A stretch of DNA of 64,000 bases from an uncultured Actinomycetes bacterium (GTDB taxonomy: Bacteria; Actinomycetota; UBA4738; HRBIN12): contig CAWBAK010000004.1 of assembly GCA_963786805.1 (NCBI GenBank), positions 455,813-519,812 of the forward strand, in the 5' to 3' direction. How positions within the stretch are numbered: the first letter of the stretch is position 1; every line of letters starts with the position of its first letter. Both the position numbers and the translations under genes were made by a program. Below are positions 1-9,164 of the stretch, one piece after another. Below the pieces are notes generated by a model. That model was not told where the DNA came from and did not search any database. It saw nothing but the letters and a program-made list of their open reading frames with translations.

Positions 1-424
1 GCTCCTGCTCGCCCGTGAACACCCGCTCGCCGCCGGCAACCCGCGCGAGCGCGTCGGCGATGAACCGGACCCCCGAGGTCTTCTCGAGGTAGCCGTCCAC
101 GCCGGCCCGGATGCTCTCGAACAGCGTCTGGTCGTCGGTGCGTCCGGTGAGGACCAGGATCTTGATCGGAAGACCTTCCTCTCGGATCCGGCGGGCGACG
201 TCCAGCCCCTGGGTCTCCCCGGGGAGAGCCAGGTCGAGCACCAGGACGTCGGGCTTGAGGGTGCGGCAGAGCTCCAGGGCGGCATCGCCGTCGATCACCT
301 CGCCCACGACCTCGAGCCCTTGCGTCTGGTCGCAGGCCACGCGGATGACGCCGCGGATCAGCGGATGGTCCTCGACCACGAGGACCCGCGCCGCCGGCGC
401 TTCGGCGGGAAGGGGGCGTCCCAT
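1..424 (-). CDS. response regulator receiver protein (NarL/LuxR-type), partial; 3' end lies beyond window start
   Basis: Reverse-strand translation from ATG (422-424) gives [67 protein letters not shown], a canonical REC domain. It is absent from the ORF table because no stop lies inside the window. Confidence 0.8.
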   Translation of the reverse strand, partial: MGRPLPAEAPAARVLVVEDHPLIRGVIRVACDQTQGLEVVGEVIDGDAALELCRTLKPDVLVLDLALPGETQGLDVARRIREEGLPIKILVLTGRTDDQTLFESIRAGVDGYLEKTSGVRFIADALARVAGGERVFTGEQE

Positions 425-428
425 CCGG

Positions 429-1118
429 CTATCGCTTGCTTCCGCCGCGGCGGGCAGGGGCGAGCCCGTGCCGCCAGGCGAGCGTGACCGCCTCGATCTT
501 GGAGTGAACCCCGAGCTTGGCGAGGATGCTCTTCACATGGCTCTGCACCGTGAGGGCGCTGATCCCGAGTTGCTCGGCAACCTGCGACGTGGTCTCCCCC
601 GCCGCGAGGGTTCGCAGGATCTCGCTCTCGCGTGGAGTGAGCCGCCTGAGCATCCGTTCCCCTTGCGGTGCACGGCCGTTCCGCAGCTGCTCGATCACCG
701 GAGCGAGGTCTCGCTCCGGCATCACGAGCTCGCCGGCGGCCGCGCGACGCACGATGTCCATCAGCTCATCGACCGCCCGGGTCTTCGGGACGTAGCCACA
801 GGCACCGGCCGCGAGGGCGTCGGCGATGATCTCGGGGTCTTGCATCGCGGTCAGCACGACGACTTTGGCGTCGGGCGACATCTCGCGGATGCGACGGGTC
901 GCCTGGATCCCGTCGATCCCGGGCAGGTCCAGGTCCATCAGCACGACGTCGGGCTCGATCTCCTCGACGTCGATGAGCCGGATGGCCTCCTCGGCATCGC
1001 GGGCCGAGCCCACCAGGACGACGTCGGGCTGGCGCGTCAGCAGCATCGCGAGCGCCTCGGAGAACATCTCGTGGTCATCGACCACGAGCACGCGTGTCTT
1101 TCCCGACTTGGTGTCCAT
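429..1118 (-). CDS. two-component response regulator, NarL/LuxR family (REC + LuxR HTH)
   Basis: Last 229 codons of table ORF 429..3092: [85 protein letters not shown] is at 1116-1118. The long upstream extension of that ORF is antisense to the yyaL-like gene and is discarded. Confidence 0.85.
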   Translation of the reverse strand: MDTKSGKTRVLVVDDHEMFSEALAMLLTRQPDVVLVGSARDAEEAIRLIDVEEIEPDVVLMDLDLPGIDGIQATRRIREMSPDAKVVVLTAMQDPEIIADALAAGACGYVPKTRAVDELMDIVRRAAAGELVMPERDLAPVIEQLRNGRAPQGERMLRRLTPRESEILRTLAAGETTSQVAEQLGISALTVQSHVKSILAKLGVHSKIEAVTLAWRHGLAPARRGGSKR

Positions 1119-1181
1119 ACGCCGTCGCAGCTTGCATCGGCGTCCCGCTCGGCAAACATGAGCCCCCGTAGACTGGGTGGC

Positions 1182-3281
1182 ATGAACCGGCTCGCCGGCG
1201 AGACGAGCCCCTACCTGCTCCAGCACGCGGACAACCCGGTCGACTGGCATCCCTGGGGGTCCGAGGCGCTGGAGCTCGCCGAACGGCAGGACAAGCCGAT
1301 CCTGCTGTCGATCGGGTACGCGGCGTGTCACTGGTGCCACGTCATGGAGCGCGAGTCCTTCGAGGACGCCGGGACCGCCGCGCTGATGAACCAGCACTTC
1401 GTCTCGATCAAGGTCGACCGCGAGGAACGGCCCGACATCGACTCCATCTACATGGATGCGGTGCAAGCGATGACGGGGCACGGCGGCTGGCCGCTGACGG
1501 CGTTCCTGACCCCCGAGGGCAAGCCCTTCTACGCGGGAACGTACTTCCCCAACGAGGATCGCCACGGGATCCCCTCCTTCCGAAAGGTCCTCACGGCGAT
1601 CGCGGACACCTGGAAGAACCGCCGGGCCGAGGTCGAGCAGCAGAGCGGCCGCATCGTCGAGGCGATCGGCCGGGCGGCCGGTCTGGCCGAGTCGACCGAG
1701 GCCCTCACCGAGGATCTGCTGAGCCGGGCCTCGAGGGGCCTGCGTGCCGCGTTCGATGCCACGTGGGGTGGGTTCGGGAGCGCGCCGAAGTTCCCGCAGT
1801 CGATGAGCCTGGAGTTCCTCCTGCGCCGGCATCTTCGGGGCGATCCCGACGCGCTCGACATGGTGCGGGTGACCCTGGATCGCATGGCCGCGGGAGGGAT
1901 GTACGACCAGCTCGGGGGCGGCTTCCATCGCTACTCGACGGACGAGCGCTGGCAGGTCCCCCACTTCGAGAAGATGCTCTACGACAACGCCTTGCTCCTG
2001 CGGCTGTACACGCATGCGTGGCTCGTGACGCGCGAGGAGCGTTACCGGCGCGTCGTGGTCGAGACGGCCGACTACCTGCTCCGCGAGATGCAGCATCCGC
2101 AGGGTGGCTTCTTCTCCTCGCAGGACGCCGACAGCGAAGGCGTCGAGGGGCGGTTCTTCGTCTGGACTTGGGACGAGCTCGTCGCGGCCGCGGGCGAGGC
2201 CGTCGTCGGTGGGTCCGATGCCGTCGCGGGCCTCGGCGAGGCCGTCGCCACCGCGATGGGTGCCACCCCGCAGGGCAACTGGGAGGGAACGAACGTGCTG
2301 TGGTTCCCGGTCCCGGTCACCGCGGTCGCGCAGGAGCTCGAGCTCGATCCGGCGGAGCTCGAACGCGAGGTCGAGGCGGCGCGCGCGCAGCTCTTCTCGA
2401 TCCGGGAGGGACGCGTCCGCCCGGCGACCGACGACAAGGTGCTCGCGGCATGGAACGGGCTGGCCATCACCGCGCTCGCCGAGGCCGGCCGCGCCTTCGA
2501 TCGGCCGGAGTACGTCGAGGCCGCGGTGCGTGCGGCCGAGTTCGTGCTCACGAACCTGCGGCGCGAGGACGGGCGGTTGTTGCGTTCGTGGCGCGAGGGC
2601 CGGCCGGGCCGGCCCGGCTTCGCCGACGACCACGCCCTGGTGGCAGAGGGCTTGCTGACGTTGTACGAGACGACGTTCGAGCTCCGCTGGTTCGTCGAGG
2701 CTCGCGCGCTCGCGGACGAGCTGATCCGGCTGTTCCACGACCCCGAGCGGGGCGGCTTCTTCCAGACCGGCGCGGACGCGGAGGCGCTCGTCCTTCGGCC
2801 GAAGGAGCTGTACGACAACGCCGTGCCGAGCGGGAACTCGGCGGCCGCCGACGTCCTGCAGCGGCTCGCCCACCTGACCGGGGAGCCCGACTACGAACGC
2901 GCGGGCGTCTCGGCGCTTCGGCTCGTGCGGGACGGGATGGCGGGCGCGCCGGGCGGGTTCGGCCACGCGCTCTCGGCGCTCGACCTGTATCTCGACCGGG
3001 TGCGCGAGGTCGCGATCGTCGGAGATCCCGCCTCGGCCGAGACGCGAGCGCTCGCCGAGGAGGTGACCACGAGACGGTTCCTGCCGAACCACGTCCTCGC
3101 GGTCGCCGACGCCGGCGACGAACGCTCGCGCGAGGAGGTGGCCCTCCTCCTGGAGCGGCCGAACGATCGACGGCAGGCCGACCGCCTACGTCTGCGAGCG
3201 CTTCGCGTGCAAGCTCCCGGTGACCGAGCCGGCGGCGCTCGCCGAGCAGCTGGTGGGGTGACCTCAGCCCGATCCGTTTGA
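1182..3281 (+). CDS. thioredoxin-domain protein YyaL/DUF255 family (N-acylglucosamine-2-epimerase-like); apparent frameshift at ~3156
   Basis: [47 protein letters not shown].. is typical of YyaL. The conserved C-terminus [34 protein letters not shown] (stop 3259-3261) sits in the adjacent frame from ~3157. Confidence 0.8.
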   Translation: MNRLAGETSPYLLQHADNPVDWHPWGSEALELAERQDKPILLSIGYAACHWCHVMERESFEDAGTAALMNQHFVSIKVDREERPDIDSIYMDAVQAMTGHGGWPLTAFLTPEGKPFYAGTYFPNEDRHGIPSFRKVLTAIADTWKNRRAEVEQQSGRIVEAIGRAAGLAESTEALTEDLLSRASRGLRAAFDATWGGFGSAPKFPQSMSLEFLLRRHLRGDPDALDMVRVTLDRMAAGGMYDQLGGGFHRYSTDERWQVPHFEKMLYDNALLLRLYTHAWLVTREERYRRVVVETADYLLREMQHPQGGFFSSQDADSEGVEGRFFVWTWDELVAAAGEAVVGGSDAVAGLGEAVATAMGATPQGNWEGTNVLWFPVPVTAVAQELELDPAELEREVEAARAQLFSIREGRVRPATDDKVLAAWNGLAITALAEAGRAFDRPEYVEAAVRAAEFVLTNLRREDGRLLRSWREGRPGRPGFADDHALVAEGLLTLYETTFELRWFVEARALADELIRLFHDPERGGFFQTGADAEALVLRPKELYDNAVPSGNSAAADVLQRLAHLTGEPDYERAGVSALRLVRDGMAGAPGGFGHALSALDLYLDRVREVAIVGDPASAETRALAEEVTTRRFLPNHVLAVADAGDERSREEVALLLERPNDRRQADRLRLRALRVQAPGDRAGGARRAAGGVTSARSV

Positions 3282-3316
3282 CAGGCCAGTCCGTAAGTTG
3301 TACCTTACGGTAAGTC

Positions 3317-3649
3317 ATGGCCTACCAAGTGCATGAGGCTCGGGTCCTGGACGCGCTCGGGGATCCCACGAGACGAGCGGTCCTCGAGGTGCTCCGCGGC
3401 GGCGCCCAGCCGGTGGGCCGGATCGCCGAGCGCCTGCCGGTCAGCCGGCCGGCGGTCTCACAGCACCTGCGGGTTCTGAAGGAGGCGGGTCTCGTGCGGG
3501 ACCGCAAGGACGGGACGAGACGGCTCTATAGCGTCGACCCCGCGGGGCTCGCGGAGCTCCGCGCCTACCTGGAGCGGTACTGGGACACGGCGCTCGCCGC
3601 GTTCAAGGAGGCGGCCGACGCGGCCGCCGGAGAAGGGGGCACCCGATGA
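3317..3649 (+). CDS. ArsR/SmtB family transcriptional regulator
   Basis: 110 aa; DPTRRAVLEVLRGGAQPVGRIAERLPVSRPAVSQHLRVLKEAGLV is a winged-HTH ArsR signature; ATG start. Confidence 0.85.
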   Translation: MAYQVHEARVLDALGDPTRRAVLEVLRGGAQPVGRIAERLPVSRPAVSQHLRVLKEAGLVRDRKDGTRRLYSVDPAGLAELRAYLERYWDTALAAFKEAADAAAGEGGTR

Positions 3650-4122
3650 GCACCATCGAGCCGATCCGCGCGTCGACCTCGGTCCGTCTGGACCCCGCGC
3701 AAGCCTTCGCGCTGTTCACCGCGCGCATCGACACGTGGTGGCCGCTCGAGACGCACTCTTGGGCAGCGGGCGGCGTCGAAGGAGAGGGCCTCAAGGTCGA
3801 GCGCGTCGACTTCCAACCATTCGTCGGGGGGAAGGTTCTCGAGCACCTGTCGAACGGGCAGGCCCTCCCGTGGGGTGAGGTTCTCGTGTGGGAGCCACCG
3901 ACGCTGTTCGTGCTGGCATGGAAGCCGAACTCGAACGCGAACCCGCCGACGGAGCTCGAGGTTCGTTTCACACCGCAGGCGGACAGCACGTTGGTCGAGC
4001 TGGAGCATCGCGGCTGGGAGCGGCTCGGCAAGATCGCGCTCGAGGCGCGCGGAAGCTACGGCGAGGGATGGAGTATCAGCCTCGGCCGGTTCCGAGAGGC
4101 CGCAAACCGAGAGGTGGCGTGA
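3646..4122 (+). CDS. SRPBCC (Aha1/START-like) domain protein
   Basis: 158 aa; start overlaps the ArsR stop (ATGA). The ArsR + SRPBCC pair is a very common two-gene unit. Confidence 0.75.
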   Translation: MSTIEPIRASTSVRLDPAQAFALFTARIDTWWPLETHSWAAGGVEGEGLKVERVDFQPFVGGKVLEHLSNGQALPWGEVLVWEPPTLFVLAWKPNSNANPPTELEVRFTPQADSTLVELEHRGWERLGKIALEARGSYGEGWSISLGRFREAANREVA

Positions 4123-4259
4123 TGGACGACCGCATCCACTGGGAGCTCTACCGGCACCGCATCGCCGAGGCCGAGCGGCGCGCAGCCCGTGAGCGGCACC
4201 TCGGCCGGGCGCGCCGGCACAGCACCCGGCTGCCCCACAAGCCTCGCGACGAAGAGTAA
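4122..4259 (+). CDS. small hypothetical protein (45 aa)
   Basis: ATG overlaps the preceding stop (gtgATGg): MDDRIHWELYRHRIAEAERRAARERHLGRARRHSTRLPHKPRDEE. No recognisable domain; could be spurious. Confidence 0.25.
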   Translation: MDDRIHWELYRHRIAEAERRAARERHLGRARRHSTRLPHKPRDEE

Positions 4260-4298
4260 GGGACCCCGCTCCTCCATCGGCGGTAGGCTCGCGCCGAC

Positions 4299-5384
4299 GT
4301 GATCGCGTTGCGGGTTCTGTTGTTCCTCGCCGGGATGGCCGTCGTGCTGTTCGCCGTCTGGTCCGTCATCCGGACGTTCATCGTCCCGCGGGCGCTCCGG
4401 AACACCCTGACCCGCGTGGTCTTCGTCGCCGTTCGGAAAGTCTTCGATCTCCGCGCGAGCGAACGCCACGATTATCCGACGCGGGACCGCGTGATGGCGT
4501 ACTACGCGCCGGTCGCACTCCTCACGATGCTCGTGGTGTGGGTCGGGATCCTGCTCATCGGCTTCACCACGATGTTCTACGCGCTCGGCGGCCTCAGTGT
4601 TCTGCAGGCGTTCACGTTCGCGGGATCCGCCATGTTCACCTTGGGGTTCGCGAGCCGCGCCGACGCGCCGACGGTGCTCCTGGACTTCGTCGCCGCCGGG
4701 ACGGGACTGGTCTTCCTCGCGCTCTTCATCACCTATCTCCCCAGTCTCTACGCGAGCTTCCAGCGGCGGGAGCGCGGGGTCGCCAAGCTCGAGGTCCGTG
4801 CCGGGCAGCCACCGACGGGCATCTACCTGATCGAGCTGGCGTGGGTGGTCGGGCGGCTCGAGAACCTCGATGAACTGTGGGCCGAGTGGGAAGACTGGTT
4901 CACCGATGTCGACGAGAGCCACAGCTCGCTCCCGGTCCTCGCGTTCTTCCGGTCGACCCACCCGGATCAATCCTGGGTGACCTCGGCCGGCGCGATCTTG
5001 GACGGCGCCTCGCTGTTCGACTCGACGGTCGACATGCCGAGGATCCCGGAACCGCAGTACATGATCCGCTCGGGGTACCTGTGCCTGCGGCATCTCGCGG
5101 ACTATTTCCGGATCCCCGTCGACCACGACCCCAAACCCGACGATCCGATCTCGATCGGCCGGGAGGAGTTCGATGCGGTCTACGAGCGGCTCGCCGGCAC
5201 CGGCGTCCCCGTCCGCGCGGACCGGGACCAGTGCTGGCGCGACTTCGCCGGCTGGCGAGTGAACTACGACGCCGCGCTCCTCGGGTTGGCGAAGCTCACG
5301 ATGGCGGCGGATGCCCCGTGGTCCTCGGCCCCGCGCGTCGTCGCCCCGGCTTTCCAGAACCCGCCGCCCGACGGCGAACGCTAG
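4299..5384 (+). CDS. hypothetical integral membrane protein
   Basis: 361 aa; GTG start; several hydrophobic helices (LLFLAGMAVVLFAVWSV, LLTMLVVWVGILLIGF, GTGLVFLALFITYLP) followed by a soluble C-terminal region. Confidence 0.5.
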   Translation: MIALRVLLFLAGMAVVLFAVWSVIRTFIVPRALRNTLTRVVFVAVRKVFDLRASERHDYPTRDRVMAYYAPVALLTMLVVWVGILLIGFTTMFYALGGLSVLQAFTFAGSAMFTLGFASRADAPTVLLDFVAAGTGLVFLALFITYLPSLYASFQRRERGVAKLEVRAGQPPTGIYLIELAWVVGRLENLDELWAEWEDWFTDVDESHSSLPVLAFFRSTHPDQSWVTSAGAILDGASLFDSTVDMPRIPEPQYMIRSGYLCLRHLADYFRIPVDHDPKPDDPISIGREEFDAVYERLAGTGVPVRADRDQCWRDFAGWRVNYDAALLGLAKLTMAADAPWSSAPRVVAPAFQNPPPDGER

Positions 5385-5417
5385 ACTGCGGCTCCCTCGA
5401 CCGGAAAGGCCCGCGCC

Positions 5418-5930
5418 ATGACCACCGCAACCTTCGTGACGAACAAGGGCTCATTCACCGTTCGCCTCATGCCCGAGCACGCGCCGAAGACCGTCGCGAA
5501 CTTCGTCGGGCTCGCGACCGGCGCCAAGGAGTGGACGGATCCGCGCAGTCGCGATCGCAAGAGCGGACCCCTCTACGACGGAACGGTCTTCCACCGGGTG
5601 ATCCCGAACTTCATGATCCAAGGCGGCGACCCCTTGGGAACCGGGACCGGGGGGCCCGGCTACCAGTTCGAGGACGAGGTTCCCTCGAACGGGCCGAGGT
5701 TCGACCGCCCCGGGTTGCTCGCGATGGCGAACGCCGGCCCGAACACCAACGGATCCCAGTTCTTCGTGACCGTCACCGCCACCGACTGGTTGACGGGCAA
5801 GCACACGATCTTCGGCGAGGTCACCGAGGGCTACGACGTGGTCGAGGCGATCTCCAAGCTTCCGACCGGTTCGCAGGACCGACCCGTGAGCGAGGTCGTC
5901 CTCGAGCGGATCGAGATCGCGGAGGCCTGA
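5418..5930 (+). CDS. peptidyl-prolyl cis-trans isomerase, cyclophilin type (cytoplasmic)
   Basis: 170 aa; FHRVIPNFMIQGGDP..GGPGYQFEDE..AMANAGPNTNGSQFF are cyclophilin signatures. Confidence 0.9.
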   Translation: MTTATFVTNKGSFTVRLMPEHAPKTVANFVGLATGAKEWTDPRSRDRKSGPLYDGTVFHRVIPNFMIQGGDPLGTGTGGPGYQFEDEVPSNGPRFDRPGLLAMANAGPNTNGSQFFVTVTATDWLTGKHTIFGEVTEGYDVVEAISKLPTGSQDRPVSEVVLERIEIAEA

Positions 5931-6098
5931 CCGAAAGGACGTCGGTCCGGGCCCGAGCGATCGACCTCTGGAGGCCCGAAGCCGCGGCCCCGTGCGTGCT
6001 CGAGTCGTTCGGGGTAGCGTTCCGGTGCCCGATCCACCGCACGCTCGTCCGGAGCCGGGCACGATCGGACGTTCCGACCACGCAGGAGGGGATGCACG

Positions 6099-7370
6099 AT
6101 GCAGCACCCGAGGCAGGCTCGGCCCCCGCTCAGCCGGCGCGAGTTCCTCCGGCGCGCCGGGGCGACCGGGATCGCCGTCCCGAGCCTCGCCGCGATCCTG
6201 GCGGCGTGCGCCGACGACGGCGGAACCGGCGGGACCGGCGGGACCGGCGGTGAGCCGGAGCTCCAGCTGGCGCGTCCGGACAGCCCGGTCGAGCTCCCGC
6301 TCCTGGGTTCCAACCCGCCGATCGAGGACGGGCTGTCCCCCGAGGCGGGACCGCTCCGGATCTTCGGGTACAACGACTACATCTGGAAGAAGGTCCGGAA
6401 CCAGTTCGCCGCGGAGTACGGAGTGGAGATCGAGTACACGGTCTTCGACACCCCCGAGGAGATGGTGGCCAAGATCCAGTCCAGCGGTTCGGACTTCGAC
6501 ATCATCGTCAGCGTCACGCCCGAGAACGTGGGCAAGCTCGCGTTCGGCGAGCTGATCCAACCTCTGAACAAGACCTACATCCCGAACTTCTCGCACGCAT
6601 GGGCCGTCTTCAACGAGCCCTTCTACGACGTCGGCGCGCGCTACACGGCGCCCTACACGGTGTACACGACGGGGATCGCCTACCGGAACGACATCGTGAC
6701 GGACGACATCGCCGCCATGGACAACCCGTACGACATCCTGTGGGATGCCTCGTACGCGAGCGAGGGCGTGCATCTGCTGAACGGCGCCCGCGACACGCTG
6801 TCTGCGGCGCTGCTGCGGAGCGGTGCCGACATCAACACGGACGACCCCGCCGTCCTCGAGAGCGCCAAGCAGATGCTGCTCGAGGGCGTCGACACGATGA
6901 ACTGGAAGTTCGACCACGTGGACTACAACGAGCTGGGGACCTTCGCGATCCACCAGACCTGGTCGGGGCAGGTCGTGTACTACCAGTACTACCTGCCGGA
7001 CGGCCTGAGCATCGAACAGTACTCCTTCGTGTGGCCACCGAAGGACGCGGCCGGGGGCGACGGCATCATCACGAACGACATGTTCGCGATCCCCAAGGGC
7101 GCACCCAGCCCGGTGCTCGCGCACCTGCTGATCGACTGGATGCTGGACCCCGCGAACGCCGCGTCGAACTACAGCTACGAGGGCTTCCAGCCACCGATCA
7201 ACGAGATCACGCCGGACTCGATCCTGGCCGACGAGCTCGTCCCGCCGAACGTGGCGAACATCCTCATCACCGAGGAGGACTTCCCCCTCGGGATCCCACA
7301 GGTGGAGCTCGCACCGGCGACCAACCAGCTCTGGCAGCAGATCTACACGGAGGTGACGGGCGGGGCCTAG
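6099..7370 (+). CDS. spermidine/putrescine-type ABC transporter substrate-binding lipoprotein (PotD/PotF-like)
   Basis: 423 aa; Tat-like RREFLRRAG plus lipobox LAACADDGG; PotD-fold body; AGGAGG 8 nt upstream of the ATG. Confidence 0.85.
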   Translation: MQHPRQARPPLSRREFLRRAGATGIAVPSLAAILAACADDGGTGGTGGTGGEPELQLARPDSPVELPLLGSNPPIEDGLSPEAGPLRIFGYNDYIWKKVRNQFAAEYGVEIEYTVFDTPEEMVAKIQSSGSDFDIIVSVTPENVGKLAFGELIQPLNKTYIPNFSHAWAVFNEPFYDVGARYTAPYTVYTTGIAYRNDIVTDDIAAMDNPYDILWDASYASEGVHLLNGARDTLSAALLRSGADINTDDPAVLESAKQMLLEGVDTMNWKFDHVDYNELGTFAIHQTWSGQVVYYQYYLPDGLSIEQYSFVWPPKDAAGGDGIITNDMFAIPKGAPSPVLAHLLIDWMLDPANAASNYSYEGFQPPINEITPDSILADELVPPNVANILITEEDFPLGIPQVELAPATNQLWQQIYTEVTGGA

Positions 7371-7391
7371 GGGCCCGTCCGCACGCGTCCG

Positions 7392-8315
7392 ATGCCCGAG
7401 GGAGCCGACTCCGGCACGCGCGGAGCGTGGTTCCCGCGCTGGTTCTGGCCCTCGTTCGCCGCCCCGGCGGCGCTGTGGCTGATCGGGCTGTTCGTCGTCC
7501 CGTTCTACGTGATCGTCTCGATCGCGTTCGGCGACCTCGACCCGATCTTCCTCACCCCGGTGCCCGTGTACAACCCGGCACGATGGGATCCCGCCGCGTT
7601 CGGGAACCTGCTCGGCGACATCGTGACGAGCGGCTCGATCTACCGGGCCGCGTTCGGCCGCACGCTCCTGTACGTCCTGTCCGCGACCGTCCTGTGCCTC
7701 GCGATCGGGTATCCGGTCGCGTACTTCATCGCGCGGCATGCGGGCCGGTGGAAGACGTTGTTCCTCGTCCTGTTCGTCGCCCCGTTCTGGATCAGCTACA
7801 TGATGCGGATGCTCGCGTGGATCAACCTGCTGCGGCCGGAAGGTCTCGTCAACCGCACCTTGGAAGCGATCGGGATCATCGACGGGCCGGTGAGCTGGTT
7901 GAACGGGCGTCCGATGACGGTGATCCTCGGCCTGACGTACGGCTACATCCCGTACATGATCCTGCCGCTGTTCGGAACCCTCGACCGGATCGCCGGCCCG
8001 ACGCTCGAGGCCTCGCGCGACCTCGGAGCCGGGCAGGTCGCCACGTTCCTGCGGGTGACGCTGCCGCTGTCCCGACAGGCGATCCTCGCCGGCTGCGTGA
8101 TCGTGACGCTGCCGATGTTCGGCGACTACTTCACGACGTCGTTGCTCGCGGCGACGAGGGACACCTCGATGATCGGGAACCTCATCGTGTCCTCGGTCCA
8201 GAGCTCCCTCGTCCAGACCGGTGCGTCGCTCGTCCTCATCCTGATCGCGCTGTTGATCGTTCCGATGCTCTACTACCTGCGCTCCACAGCGCGGGCTCTG
8301 GAGATGGAACGATGA
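7392..8315 (+). CDS. ABC transporter permease (PotB-like)
   Basis: 307 aa; six TM segments; EAA-like loop RDLGAGQVATFLRVTLPL. Confidence 0.85.
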   Translation: MPEGADSGTRGAWFPRWFWPSFAAPAALWLIGLFVVPFYVIVSIAFGDLDPIFLTPVPVYNPARWDPAAFGNLLGDIVTSGSIYRAAFGRTLLYVLSATVLCLAIGYPVAYFIARHAGRWKTLFLVLFVAPFWISYMMRMLAWINLLRPEGLVNRTLEAIGIIDGPVSWLNGRPMTVILGLTYGYIPYMILPLFGTLDRIAGPTLEASRDLGAGQVATFLRVTLPLSRQAILAGCVIVTLPMFGDYFTTSLLAATRDTSMIGNLIVSSVQSSLVQTGASLVLILIALLIVPMLYYLRSTARALEMER

Positions 8316-9163
8316 GCTGGCTGCGCAACCCGTGGGCCAAGGCGCGCTTCCTGTGGGCGATCGCGATCGCGTACATCCTGTGGACCCTCCTGCCGGTCGT
8401 GATCGCCGTGTTGTTCTCGTTCAACGGCGGCCGCTCACTGACCGCGTGGCAAGGGTTCTCGACGCAGTGGTACGCGGGGAACGTCGGCTCCGTCTTCGAC
8501 GATCCCGACCTCCGTTCGGCGCTCGGTCAGAGCTTCAAGCTGGCCGGCCTGACCGTGCTGTTCGCCGTGCCGCTCGGCGTCGGGTTCGCCCTCGCGCTCG
8601 ACCGCTGGCACGGTCGGGGCTCGGGGGCGGGGAACTTCGTCATGCTCTTCTCGTTCATCACCCCGGAGATCGCGATCGGCGTGGCGCTGTTCCTGTTCTT
8701 CACGCAGCTCGCCACGGGGATCGGGACCGGGTTCCTCGCGCAGGTGCTCGCGCTCTCGATGTTCATGATGGCCTACCCGGTCATCGTCGTTCGCGCGCGG
8801 CTGCTCTCGATCGGCAAGGAGTTCGAGGAGGCGGCGATGGATCTGGGCGCCTCGCCCGTGGGAGCGATCGGCCGGGTGCTGTTGCCGCTCCTGTCGCCGG
8901 CGATCCTCGCGAGCGTCGCGATCGTGTTCGCGGCGGCCATCGACAACTTCGTCATCAGCCAGCAGCTGTCCTCTGGCGCCGGCACGCAGACGATCCCGAT
9001 CCTGATCTACAGCGCCGCCCGGCGCGGCCCGCTCCCCTCGGTGAACGCCCTCGCGAGCATCACCTTGTTCGCGTCCACGTTCGTGATCGCGATCGCGGTG
9101 CTCTTCTATCGTCGCCGGACGGCGGGCGAGCGCGGCGACCACCTCGCGGCGCTCCGACTCTGA
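8312..9163 (+). CDS. ABC transporter permease (PotC-like)
   Basis: 283 aa read from the end of table ORF 6599..9163; ATG 8312 overlaps the PotB stop (ATGA); MDLGASPVGAIGRVLLPLLSP loop. Confidence 0.85.
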   Translation: MSWLRNPWAKARFLWAIAIAYILWTLLPVVIAVLFSFNGGRSLTAWQGFSTQWYAGNVGSVFDDPDLRSALGQSFKLAGLTVLFAVPLGVGFALALDRWHGRGSGAGNFVMLFSFITPEIAIGVALFLFFTQLATGIGTGFLAQVLALSMFMMAYPVIVVRARLLSIGKEFEEAAMDLGASPVGAIGRVLLPLLSPAILASVAIVFAAAIDNFVISQQLSSGAGTQTIPILIYSAARRGPLPSVNALASITLFASTFVIAIAVLFYRRRTAGERGDHLAALRL

Positions 9164-9164
9164 G

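Noticed and set aside
1119-3092. 5' two-thirds of the 887-aa minus-strand ORF 429..3092
   Set aside because: It is antisense to the well-supported yyaL-like gene, Arg/Pro-rich with no domain. Only its last 229 codons (response regulator, ATG 1118) are real.
5451-7739. 762-aa minus-strand ORF
   Set aside because: Antisense to the cyclophilin and Pot-like SBP genes, both of which have clear homology and RBS.
6599-8311. N-terminal 570 codons of plus ORF 6599..9163
   Set aside because: Out of frame with the SBP and PotB-like genes that occupy this DNA; only the terminal 283 codons (PotC-like, ATG 8312) are coding.
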